Origin: Clostridia bacterium
Lineage (GTDB): Bacteria > Bacillota > Clostridia > Oscillospirales > Butyricicoccaceae
DNA: 40,000 nt
Assembly (NCBI GenBank): GCA_017394205.1
Contig: JAFOPS010000051.1
Coordinates: 1 to 40,000, forward strand
Direction: 5' to 3'
The notes under the pieces were generated by a model. That model did no database searches and was not told the DNA's origin. It worked only from the letters and a program-made list of their open reading frames with translations. Both the position numbers and the translations under genes were made by a program. Numbering within the stretch: the stretch's first letter is position 1; every line of letters starts with the position of its first letter. Shown here one piece after another: positions 9,331 to 16,107 of this stretch.

Positions 9331-10386
9331 TTATAATTCCTGTTTGATATCGCCTCGGGCGATGACCAGTGTGCATCCCACCGAGCGCACCCTCGCGTCC
9401 AGACAGTCCCGGCATTGGGCGGATTCCTCCCCGGTGCACAGCTTGTTGTCATACAGCTCGTACTGCTTGCGCACCGCCACGGGAGAGAGATTGGGCATGA
9501 CCACGTTTGCCCCCGCCGAAATGCCCTTTTCCCGGCCTGCCGGGTCGACGGTGCCCAGCGCAGTGGTGGCGGGGAGCAGCACCGGCGGATGGATCAGCCG
9601 GATGATGCTCAGCAGATAGCAGGTCAGCTCGGCCGTCCCCGCGGGCATATCCTTAAAGGGCGTCCCGTGGTGGGGGACAAAGGGCCCGATGCCGCACATG
9701 TCCGGCTTGAACCGCTCGATGAACTTCAGATCCTTCGCCAGCGTTTCGGGCGTCTGGTAGGGGGAACCCACCATAAAGCCGCACCCCACCTGATAACCGA
9801 TCTCCCGCAGATCGCGTAGACAGGCCATCCGGTGGTCAAAGGACATCTCCGGGGGATGGAGGCGGGAGTAATGCTCCCGGTCGGCTGTCTCGTGACGGAG
9901 CAGATAGCGGTCGGCGCCCGCGTCAAACAGGCGCTGATAGCTGTCCCTTTCCCGCTCGCCCATGGACAGGGTCACGGCGCAGTCGGGATGCTCCCGCTTG
10001 AGCCGGGCGACGATGGAGCACAGCCGCTCGTCGGTGTAATAGCCGTCCTCGCCCCCCTGCAGGACAAAGGTGCGAAAGCCGAGGGCATAGCCCTCGCGGG
10101 CACAGGCGGCGATCTCCTCCTCGGTGAGACGATAGCGGACGCAATCCCGGTTGCTCCGCCGGATGCCGCAATACAGACAGTCGTTTTTGCAGAAGTTGCT
10201 GATCTCGATGAGGCCGCGGATAAACACGGCGCTGCCGTAGATCCGGTTCCGCGCGGCAACGGCCTTTTCAGCCAGAAGCGACGCCGCCTCGGGACGGCGG
10301 TCCGCGATCAGACGGGCGTATTCCGCCTCGGAAAGGCTGCGCTCCCGCTCCAGACGCTCGATCAGATTTTGCAGAGCCTTTTCCAT
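9331..10386 (-). CDS. hydE: [FeFe]-hydrogenase maturase HydE (radical SAM)
   Basis: Radical-SAM motif CKNDCLYCGIRRSN with BioB-like architecture. Start placed at ATG 10386 (GGAGG 7 nt upstream) rather than the TTG at 10392 used by the ORF track. Confidence 0.9.
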   Translation of the reverse strand: MEKALQNLIERLERERSLSEAEYARLIADRRPEAASLLAEKAVAARNRIYGSAVFIRGLIEISNFCKNDCLYCGIRRSNRDCVRYRLTEEEIAACAREGYALGFRTFVLQGGEDGYYTDERLCSIVARLKREHPDCAVTLSMGERERDSYQRLFDAGADRYLLRHETADREHYSRLHPPEMSFDHRMACLRDLREIGYQVGCGFMVGSPYQTPETLAKDLKFIERFKPDMCGIGPFVPHHGTPFKDMPAGTAELTCYLLSIIRLIHPPVLLPATTALGTVDPAGREKGISAGANVVMPNLSPVAVRKQYELYDNKLCTGEESAQCRDCLDARVRSVGCTLVIARGDIKQEL

Positions 10387-10405
10387 CCGCAACCCTCCGC
10401 TTTCG

Positions 10406-10438
10406 AAATCAAAAAGGCCGTACCCGCAGGGTACGGCC
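10406..10438 (-). terminator. Intrinsic terminator inside the hydE 5' leader (putative attenuator)
   Basis: On the minus strand: GGCCGTACCC (10438-29), loop TGC, GGGTACGGCC (10425-16), then TTTTTGATTT. It lies between the predicted promoter (10494-10522) and the hydE RBS. Confidence 0.55.
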
Positions 10439-10493
10439 GGTGTCAGTGCTCCGTACCTTTCACGCAGAACGCATCTTGATGTCAGGCAAGGTG

Positions 10494-10522
10494 ATTATAC
10501 TATATCCCGCGAAAAGATGCAA
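10494..10522 (-). promoter_or_regulatory. sigma-A-type promoter for hydEGF
   Basis: On the minus strand: TTGCAT (10522-17), 17-nt spacer, TATAAT (10499-94). Confidence 0.55.
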
Positions 10523-10617
10523 TGAGAAAATCATACGGACGAAAAATTTTCTGAACGAAGGACGCTATTGGCAAAAAACACCGAAAAAAAGCGGCGACAT
10601 TTAGGCATATTCACGGG

Positions 10618-10645
10618 TTGAATATTTTTTGTTTTATGGCATAAT
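10618..10645 (+). promoter_or_regulatory. Candidate glnA promoter (extended -10)
   Basis: TTGAAT (10618-23), 16-nt spacer, TGgCATAAT (10637-45), about 60 nt upstream of the glnA ATG. Confidence 0.45.
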
Positions 10646-10704
10646 GAAAATGATATGATAATTGCAGATCCAACATCGGAAAGCTGAGAAATGAGGTAAC
10701 AGGA

Positions 10705-12129
10705 ATGGCTAACACCGCAAAAGATATTATGAAAATGATCCGCGAGCAGGACATCAAGATGGTGGACTTCAAGATCGTTGACATCAACGGTCAGTTCCGT
10801 CACGTGACCATCCCCGCGCAGAATTTCAACGAAGACACGATGCAGAACGGCATCGGCTTCGATGCCTCCAACTACGGCTATGCCGTGGTGGAAAAGAGCG
10901 ACATGGTCTATATCCCCGATCTGGACACTGCCATGATCGATCCCTTCTGCGAGATCAAGACCCTGAGCATGATCGGCAACGCCATGATCATCGATTATCC
11001 CAACAACCGGCCCCTCAGCCAGTATCCCCGCAATATCGTTCTGGCTGCCGAGCAGTACATGAAAGACAGCGGCATTGCCGATACCATGATGATCCTGCCG
11101 GAGTTTGAGTTCTATCTCTTCAACCAGGTGGGCTGGAAGGTGGATCACAATCTGATCTCCGCGGCGCTGGACGCCGACCAGGCCCATTGGAACAGCGACG
11201 TGGAGGGAACCGGCTGTGTCGTCCCCTTCCAGAAGCATTATCATATCGCCAAGCCGCTGGACAAGACCTATGAATGCCGCAGCGAGATGTGCATGGAGAT
11301 CGAAAAGGCCGGCATCCCCGTCAAATACCATCATCCCGAGGTGGGTGGCGCCGGGCAGTTCGAGATCGAGCCCCTGCTGGGCCAGATGTCCAAAATGGCC
11401 GACGGCACCATGATGGTCAAATACATCATCCACAACGTGGCCCGCAAATACGGCCTGACCGCAACCCTGATGCCCAAGCCCGTTTACGGCGAGGCGGGCA
11501 GCGGCATGCACGTCCATATGCTCCTGCTGAAGGACGGCGAGCCCGTTTTCTCCGATGACAACGGCTATTCCCACCTGTCCAAAGAGGCGCATTGGTTCAT
11601 GGGCGGCCTGCTGAAGCACATCGCTTCGCTCTGCGCCATCACCAATCCCTCTACCAACTCCTTCAAACGCCTGGTGCCCGGCTTCGAGGCCCCCGTTACC
11701 GTGGGCTACGCCACATCCAACCGCTCGGCCGTCATCCGCATCCCCGCTTATGCCAAGAGCCCCAAGATGCGCCGCTTTGAGATCCGCAATCCCGACGCCA
11801 CCTGCAACCCCTATTTCTGCTATGCGGCGCTGCTGATGGCCGGTCTGGACGGCATCAAGAACAAGATCGATCCCCACGCCAACGGCTGGGGCCCCTATGA
11901 TATGAACCTGTACGACCTCTCTGACGAGGAGAAGGCCAAGCTCCACCATCTGCCCACCCGTCTGGAGGATGCGCTGGACGCGCTGGAGGCCGACCATGAC
12001 TATCTCACCGCCGGCGGCGTGTTCCCCGAGGAGCTTCTCAAAAACTTCATTGCCCGCAAGCGGGCCGAGTGCCGCGAGATCTCCCAGATCCCCCATCCCG
12101 TGGAGTTCGAGAAGTATTACAATATTTGA
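10705..12129 (+). CDS. glnA: Glutamine synthetase, type I
   Basis: 474 aa. GS beta-grasp N-terminal domain (DIKMVDFKIVDINGQFRHVTIP) and catalytic-domain motifs KYHHPEVGGAGQFEI, GSGMHVHMLL, NSFKRLVPGFEAP, NRSAVIRIP. Confidence 0.92.
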   Translation: MANTAKDIMKMIREQDIKMVDFKIVDINGQFRHVTIPAQNFNEDTMQNGIGFDASNYGYAVVEKSDMVYIPDLDTAMIDPFCEIKTLSMIGNAMIIDYPNNRPLSQYPRNIVLAAEQYMKDSGIADTMMILPEFEFYLFNQVGWKVDHNLISAALDADQAHWNSDVEGTGCVVPFQKHYHIAKPLDKTYECRSEMCMEIEKAGIPVKYHHPEVGGAGQFEIEPLLGQMSKMADGTMMVKYIIHNVARKYGLTATLMPKPVYGEAGSGMHVHMLLLKDGEPVFSDDNGYSHLSKEAHWFMGGLLKHIASLCAITNPSTNSFKRLVPGFEAPVTVGYATSNRSAVIRIPAYAKSPKMRRFEIRNPDATCNPYFCYAALLMAGLDGIKNKIDPHANGWGPYDMNLYDLSDEEKAKLHHLPTRLEDALDALEADHDYLTAGGVFPEELLKNFIARKRAECREISQIPHPVEFEKYYNI

Positions 12130-12142
12130 TTGGATTTGCAGG

Positions 12143-12178
12143 CGCCCCGGCGGAAACCCGCCGGGGCATCTGTTTTGC
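12143..12178 (+). terminator. glnA intrinsic terminator
   Basis: CCCCGGCGG (12145-53), short loop, CCGCCGGGG (12158-66), followed by CATCTGTTTTG. Confidence 0.6.
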
Positions 12179-12183
12179 CCATG

Positions 12184-12227
12184 CGCAAAGAAAAAACCTC
12201 TTTTGCCGCAATGGCAAAAGAGGTTTT
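12184..12227 (-). terminator. Intrinsic terminator downstream of tRNA-Arg
   Basis: 15-bp stem (12193-12207 pairs with 12213-12227) with a 5-nt loop. On the minus strand it is followed by TTTTTTCTTT. Confidence 0.7.
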
Positions 12228-12232
12228 CGCTT

Positions 12233-12309
12233 TGGTACGCCCGACTGGAGTCGAACCAGCGGCCTTTAGAGTCGGAGTCTAACGCTCTATCCAGCTGAGC
12301 TACGGGCGC
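12233..12309 (-). tRNA. tRNA-Arg (anticodon CCG), CCA encoded
   Basis: Reverse complement: GCGCCCGTAGCTCAGCTGGATAGAGCGTTAGACTCCGACTCTAAAGGCCGCTGGTTCGACTCCAGTCGGGCGTACCA. Cloverleaf: 7-bp acceptor (G1-U72 wobble), D arm GCTC/GAGC, anticodon stem TTAGA/TCTAA with loop CT-CCG-AC, T arm with TTCGACT loop. Confidence 0.85.
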
Positions 12310-12325
12310 ATTTCAAGCAAAAGTT

Positions 12326-12354
12326 ATTCTACCACAGTTTTTTTGATTTGTAAA
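12326..12354 (-). promoter_or_regulatory. Candidate promoter for tRNA-Arg
   Basis: On the minus strand: TTTACA (12354-49), 17-nt spacer ending TGg, TAGAAT (12331-26), about 17 nt upstream of the tRNA 5' end. Confidence 0.45.
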
Positions 12355-12398
12355 TCCCAAAAATGATTTTCTTTCCACAGCCTGCGGACGCCGTCCAC

Positions 12399-12427
12399 TT
12401 GCGCGGAAATGCGGGGTGTGGTATAAT
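12399..12427 (+). promoter_or_regulatory. Promoter for the HD-domain gene at 12477
   Basis: TTGCGC (12399-404), 17-nt spacer ending TGg, TATAAT (12422-27). Confidence 0.5.
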
Positions 12428-12476
12428 ACGGCGAAATGAAGAGGAAAGAAACGACGATTCACACAGGAGGTGTGTT

Positions 12477-13136
12477 ATGATCACGTACGAAGACATCAAA
12501 AAGGATCCCACGATCCGCACCTATATCGCCAAGGCGGACGAATCGCTTCTGGCGCTGGGCTACACCGAGCACAGCTTTGCCCACGTGACCCACGTGGCCG
12601 AGATGGCGGGCTATATCATGGAATGCATGGGCCAGCCGCCCCGGCAGGTGGAGCTTGCCAAGATCGCCGCCTATCTCCACGATATCGGTAATCTGATCAA
12701 CCGGGTGGATCACGGGCAGAGCGGCGCCGTCATGGCCTTCCGTATTTTGGGGGAGATGGGCTTTGAGCCGGAGGAGATCGCCACCATCGCCACCGCTATC
12801 GGCAACCACGACGAGGGCACCGGCGTCCCCGTCAACCAGGTGGCCGCCGCCCTGATTCTGGCGGACAAATCCGACGTGCGCCGCAGCCGCGTCCGCAATC
12901 AGGACATCAGCCATTTCGACATCCACGACCGGGTGAACTATTCGGTGACCAAATCCGAGCTCAAGATCAACGAAGCCCGGACGCTCATCAAGCTCAAGCT
13001 GACGGTCGACACCCGCTTCGGCTCGGTGATGGACTATTTCGAGATTTTTATGGAGCGCATGATCCTCTGCCGCAAGGCCGCCGAAAAGCTTGGCCTGCAA
13101 TTCAAGCTGATGATCAACGAGCAGCAGCTCATCTGA
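12477..13136 (+). CDS. HD-domain phosphohydrolase (host-like GC content)
   Basis: Start at ATG 12477 with RBS ACAGGAGG. HD motif AAYLHDIGN, upstream H (FAHVTHV), downstream NHDEG and ADKSD. Confidence 0.75.
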   Translation: MITYEDIKKDPTIRTYIAKADESLLALGYTEHSFAHVTHVAEMAGYIMECMGQPPRQVELAKIAAYLHDIGNLINRVDHGQSGAVMAFRILGEMGFEPEEIATIATAIGNHDEGTGVPVNQVAAALILADKSDVRRSRVRNQDISHFDIHDRVNYSVTKSELKINEARTLIKLKLTVDTRFGSVMDYFEIFMERMILCRKAAEKLGLQFKLMINEQQLI

Positions 13137-13269
13137 GCGGCCGGAGGCGGCGCCTCCCGCGCCGCCGGCGAGGGCCCTTTTCTGCTGAAAAGGCGGCAAA
13201 TCAAAAAAAGAGTGCGTCGGGGCGTACTCCGTAAGGAAGGCGCCCCGATGATTTGCTTGCTCTCGTCTA

Positions 13270-13434
13270 CACCTCATCCGACCTCGCTTCGCTCGGCCAC
13301 CTTCCCCTCAAGGGGAAGGCTTGAGGAGCGCGCCAACCAACGGCTTCCCCTTGAGGGGAAGGCTTGAGGAGCGCGCCAACCAACGGCTTCCCCTTGAGGG
13401 GAAGCTGTCAGCCGCAAGGCTGACTGATGAGGTG
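13270..13434. repeat. Mosaic palindromic intergenic element with 43-bp tandem repeats
   Basis: 9-bp terminal inverted repeats: CACCTCATC (13270-78) and GATGAGGTG (13426-34). Three 18-bp perfect palindromes CTTCCCC(TCAA/TTGA)GGGGAAG sit at 13301, 13344 and 13387. The 43-bp unit at 13301-13343 is repeated at 13344-13386. An extra hairpin GTCAGCC-GCAA-GGCTGAC lies at 13407-24. Confidence 0.85.
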
Positions 13435-13530
13435 GCGGGCGGATTGCCATGTTGCTTTGCTCCTCACAACAATAGCGTGCTTCTCAGAAAAATAGTTGTT
13501 GAGCCAGGGTATAACCACCTAAAAGGATAT

Positions 13531-13567
13531 GAAATAGGCGTGACCATTGCGGTCACGCCTATTTTGT
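13531..13567. terminator. Bidirectional hairpin terminator, probably 3' end of the low-GC HD gene transcript
   Basis: AGGCGTGACC (13536-45), loop ATTGC, GGTCACGCCT (13551-60). On the minus strand it is followed by ATTTCATATCCTTTT, and on the plus strand by ATTTTGTCTC. Confidence 0.55.
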
Positions 13568-13706
13568 CTCTCGGATTTTGTGGTGCAAAATCCGATGCTC
13601 GCTATCACTGCGGACAAGGGAGTTCTTGTGCAAACCTAATGTCAGAAGCATCCCTACAAACGGGAATTTTATCAAACTATCTTATCCTTATAAAACTCAT
13701 TTTCCT

Positions 13707-14312
13707 TTAGCATATCTTTCCTCCATTTAAATCATCTGCTGTTTTTGCGCTCATAACAAGATTGTATCTGTCACGAACCAAATCTTTTAGTTTTTCACTG
13801 ATCTCGAGATAATCTTTTGTAAGTTTATCCTGTACAAATCTAACTGCCTCGGCATCGCTTAAACCCATGACTTTATGTGCCAGAGCATACAGGCTATGAA
13901 TTGCGTCAAAATGAGAAAGACAGTCGGCATCTACCAGTATATGTTCTTCTTTCGTTGTCCGAAAATCAGCCCGTTTGCTGCTGTGATTAAGGATACACTT
14001 TTTTACGAGCTGTATTTTTTCTTCAGAATATGACTCCTGCCTCAACAATTCTTCAGCAATTGAAGCACTAAACTCATTGTGTTTAGTGCGATCCAAATTG
14101 CCATCTGTCATAGAAATGTCATGGAGCAATGCACTCAATTCCAAAACTTCACGATCAACTTCGTTCTCTTTTGCAATCAATATCACGTATTTGTGAACAT
14201 ACTGAACATGCTCTCGATAAAGGTTATACTCATCTTTCGTACCCTTTGTTTTTTCTTCAAATGTGTTGCTTCTTTCGATAACTTCTCTTTGCATCTTTTC
14301 AACGATGTTCAT
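13707..14312 (-). CDS. HD-domain protein encoded in a low-GC island
   Basis: 201 aa. HD motif SALLHDISM, plus NHSSKR and VDADCLSHFD. Codon usage is AT-rich (Lys/Glu/Asn-rich, about 35-40% GC by eye), unlike all neighbouring genes. Confidence 0.75.
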   Translation of the reverse strand: MNIVEKMQREVIERSNTFEEKTKGTKDEYNLYREHVQYVHKYVILIAKENEVDREVLELSALLHDISMTDGNLDRTKHNEFSASIAEELLRQESYSEEKIQLVKKCILNHSSKRADFRTTKEEHILVDADCLSHFDAIHSLYALAHKVMGLSDAEAVRFVQDKLTKDYLEISEKLKDLVRDRYNLVMSAKTADDLNGGKIC

Positions 14313-14400
14313 AACCTGCCCTCATAATAAACTACGCTTTGTGCCTTAGCACGAATAATTTAAAGTTAATGATCTATGTAAACTGCGATTTGTCGAACTG

Positions 14401-14429
14401 ATTATACCACCCCAATTCGGCATGGTCAA
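14401..14429 (-). promoter_or_regulatory. Promoter of the low-GC HD gene
   Basis: On the minus strand: TTGACC (14429-24), 17-nt spacer ending TGg, TATAAT (14406-01). Confidence 0.55.
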
Positions 14430-14440
14430 TTACGTTACTC

Positions 14441-14497
14441 TCAAAAGCATGAAGGAGGCACTTCCTTACGAAGTGCCTCCTTCAGCACTCTTTTTTT
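14441..14497. terminator. Bidirectional terminator (3' end of the MATE gene)
   Basis: 14-bp stem GAAGGAGGCACTTC (14451-64) pairs with 14570-83-equivalent arm GAAGTGCCTCCTTC at 14470-83. A T-run follows on the plus strand (14491-97) and ATGCTTTTGA follows on the minus strand. Confidence 0.65.
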
Positions 14498-14573
14498 GAT
14501 TTGATTCCCTGTCCGCTGCCTTGTCTGCGCAAACGCTGCGCCGGAAAGGCGGGAAGGAGGCTGCAGAGATGCC

Positions 14574-15968
14574 TTATGCCTCCTGCGGCGCTTTTTCCCG
14601 GGTCTCGTCGGTGAGGTTGCGGCACCATTTGCCCTGACGGTAGCGGAAAATGCCCAGAAGCATCCGTACAAGCTGCTCGGCCTGGATGAGGGCGTAAAGC
14701 GTGGTGATGGAGGTGACGCCCAGCGTCTTGACGGCGAAAAAGGCCAGCGGCACGCCCACCAGCCACACCACGCCGCAGTCCAGAAACATCAGGAAGTAAG
14801 AATCGCCTCCGGCGCGGATGGTGGACATAAAGATCACGTTGAACAGGCGGAACCCGATGCGGATGGCGAACAGCCGCACCATCATCACGGCCCCCGCGCG
14901 AATGGCCTCGTCGGTGAGGCCGAAGAGCGAGACCAGCGGCCCGGCTGTGACGGTGATAAGCAAAAAGACCAGGATCGCCAGCGCCGCCGACACGGGGAAA
15001 AGGCAGCGGACGCATTTTTTCGCTCCCGCCAGATCCTTTTTGCCCAATTGCTCGCCCACAAGCAGACCCGCGGCGTTGTTCATGCCCATGGCGGCGGTAA
15101 AGAAGAAGCTGCCCACGGTGTTGCCGATCTTATAGATCTCGATGGCGCTGCCGCCCAAAAGGCCGTAGGCTTTCATATACATGCTGTTGCCGAAGCCGAA
15201 CAGGGCCTCGTTTGCGATCAGGGGAAGCATCCGGCGGATGATGGGGGTGAGAAAGGCGCGGCTCCAGTCGGTCATCTCCCGGAAGGTGCCCAAAAAAGGT
15301 TGGCGGGTGGCCACGCCCCAGACGATGTGCGCCGCGGCGCCGCAGGCGTTGGCGATGACGGTGGCCAGCGCGGCGCCTGCCACGCCCATGGCGGGCAGAC
15401 CCAGCTTGCCGAAGATCAGCACATAGTTCAGACAGGCGTTGATCACGTTGATGCCGAAGCCGATGTACATGGGGATCTTGGTGCGCTGGACGCTGCGGTA
15501 GGCAAAGGTAAAGGCGCTGGTGACGGCGCTGAACAGATAGCCGAAGCAGACGATCCGCAGATAGCGCCAGCCCAGACGCACGATCTCACTGTCGGTGCTG
15601 TAAAACCGCAGCACCGACTGTCCCGCCAGCGCGGCCAGAAGAAAAAAGACCAGCGCGATGAGCAGGCTCATCAGCATGGAAAAGCCGAAGCATTTTTTCA
15701 GAGATTTTTCGTCCTTCGCGCCGTAAAACTGCGAGGAATAGATGTTGACGCCGGAGTTGACGCCGAAGGTCACCGGGCCTAAAAGCCAATCCAGCTGGGT
15801 TGCCACGGCCACGGCGCTGACGCCGCCTACCCGGCTGACCATGATGGTGTCGACGAAGCCCGCGCCCTGATTGAGGATCTGCTGAAGGACGATGGGCAGG
15901 ACGATCCGGCCCAGCTTTCGGTAAAAAGCGGGCTCGGCGATGTATTTTTCCCGGAAGGCTGTTGACAT
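14574..15968 (-). CDS. MATE family efflux transporter
   Basis: 464 aa, 12-TM type. N-terminus LPIVLQQILNQGAGFVDTIMVSRVGG is typical of MatE repeats. Confidence 0.85.
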   Translation of the reverse strand: MSTAFREKYIAEPAFYRKLGRIVLPIVLQQILNQGAGFVDTIMVSRVGGVSAVAVATQLDWLLGPVTFGVNSGVNIYSSQFYGAKDEKSLKKCFGFSMLMSLLIALVFFLLAALAGQSVLRFYSTDSEIVRLGWRYLRIVCFGYLFSAVTSAFTFAYRSVQRTKIPMYIGFGINVINACLNYVLIFGKLGLPAMGVAGAALATVIANACGAAAHIVWGVATRQPFLGTFREMTDWSRAFLTPIIRRMLPLIANEALFGFGNSMYMKAYGLLGGSAIEIYKIGNTVGSFFFTAAMGMNNAAGLLVGEQLGKKDLAGAKKCVRCLFPVSAALAILVFLLITVTAGPLVSLFGLTDEAIRAGAVMMVRLFAIRIGFRLFNVIFMSTIRAGGDSYFLMFLDCGVVWLVGVPLAFFAVKTLGVTSITTLYALIQAEQLVRMLLGIFRYRQGKWCRNLTDETREKAPQEA

Positions 15969-16002
15969 TGGATCACCGTCTTTTGCGTTGGATTATTGTT
16001 TT

Positions 16003-16031
16003 ATTTTACTCCGGAGATTTGCCGATTGCAA
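16003..16031 (-). promoter_or_regulatory. Candidate promoter of the MATE gene
   Basis: On the minus strand: TTGCAA (16031-26), 17-nt spacer, TAAAAT (16008-03). Confidence 0.5.
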
Positions 16032-16045
16032 GACAGATTTTTCCT

Positions 16046-16060
16046 TCGACGCTGCGTCGA
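16046..16060. promoter_or_regulatory. Perfect 7-1-7 palindrome, candidate operator between divergent MATE and XRE genes
   Basis: TCGACGC-T-GCGTCGA at 16046-60, flanked by direct repeats CGATTGCAA (16023-31 and 16058-66). Each repeat contains a TTGCAA -35-like hexamer. Confidence 0.4.
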
Positions 16061-16107
16061 TTGCAAAACCCGGCGGGATATGATAGGCTGAAGGGCAGAA
16101 AGGGGGC

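Noticed and set aside
6589-9336. 915-aa ORF on the plus strand
   Set aside because: It is exactly antisense to hydF and hydG, which carry unambiguous motifs. The product is Gly/Ala/Val/Leu-rich with no recognisable domain.
10531-12096. 521-aa ORF on the minus strand
   Set aside because: It is antisense to glnA. It also begins inside the AT-rich promoter region without an RBS.
12233-12309. tRNA-Arg as the integration site (attB) of the low-GC islet
   Set aside because: The tRNA 3' end faces glnA, away from the islet. A host-GC HD gene lies between the tRNA and the islet. No integrase is present, and no tRNA-derived direct repeat is found at the islet edges.
13301-13404. Possible CRISPR-like array from the regularly spaced palindromes
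   Set aside because: There are only 2.4 units, the spacers between palindromes are identical, and no cas genes or leader are present. It is a tandem repeat, not a CRISPR.
13424-13470. CTGATGAG motif suggesting a hammerhead ribozyme core
   Set aside because: A possible stem II (GTGGC/GCCAT) exists, but there is no GAAA box or cleavage-site helix in the required positions. The motif is part of the terminal inverted repeat of the palindromic element.
13321-13710. 129-aa plus-strand ORF, and a minus-strand ORF of about 57 codons starting near 13452, both reading through the 43-bp repeats
   Set aside because: Their peptide repeats (PLRGRLEERANQR / PLEGKL) come from translating the tandem palindromic element. 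They cross the GC-content boundary and a terminator hairpin. They are most likely not genes, although the minus-strand one does have a GAGGAG upstream.
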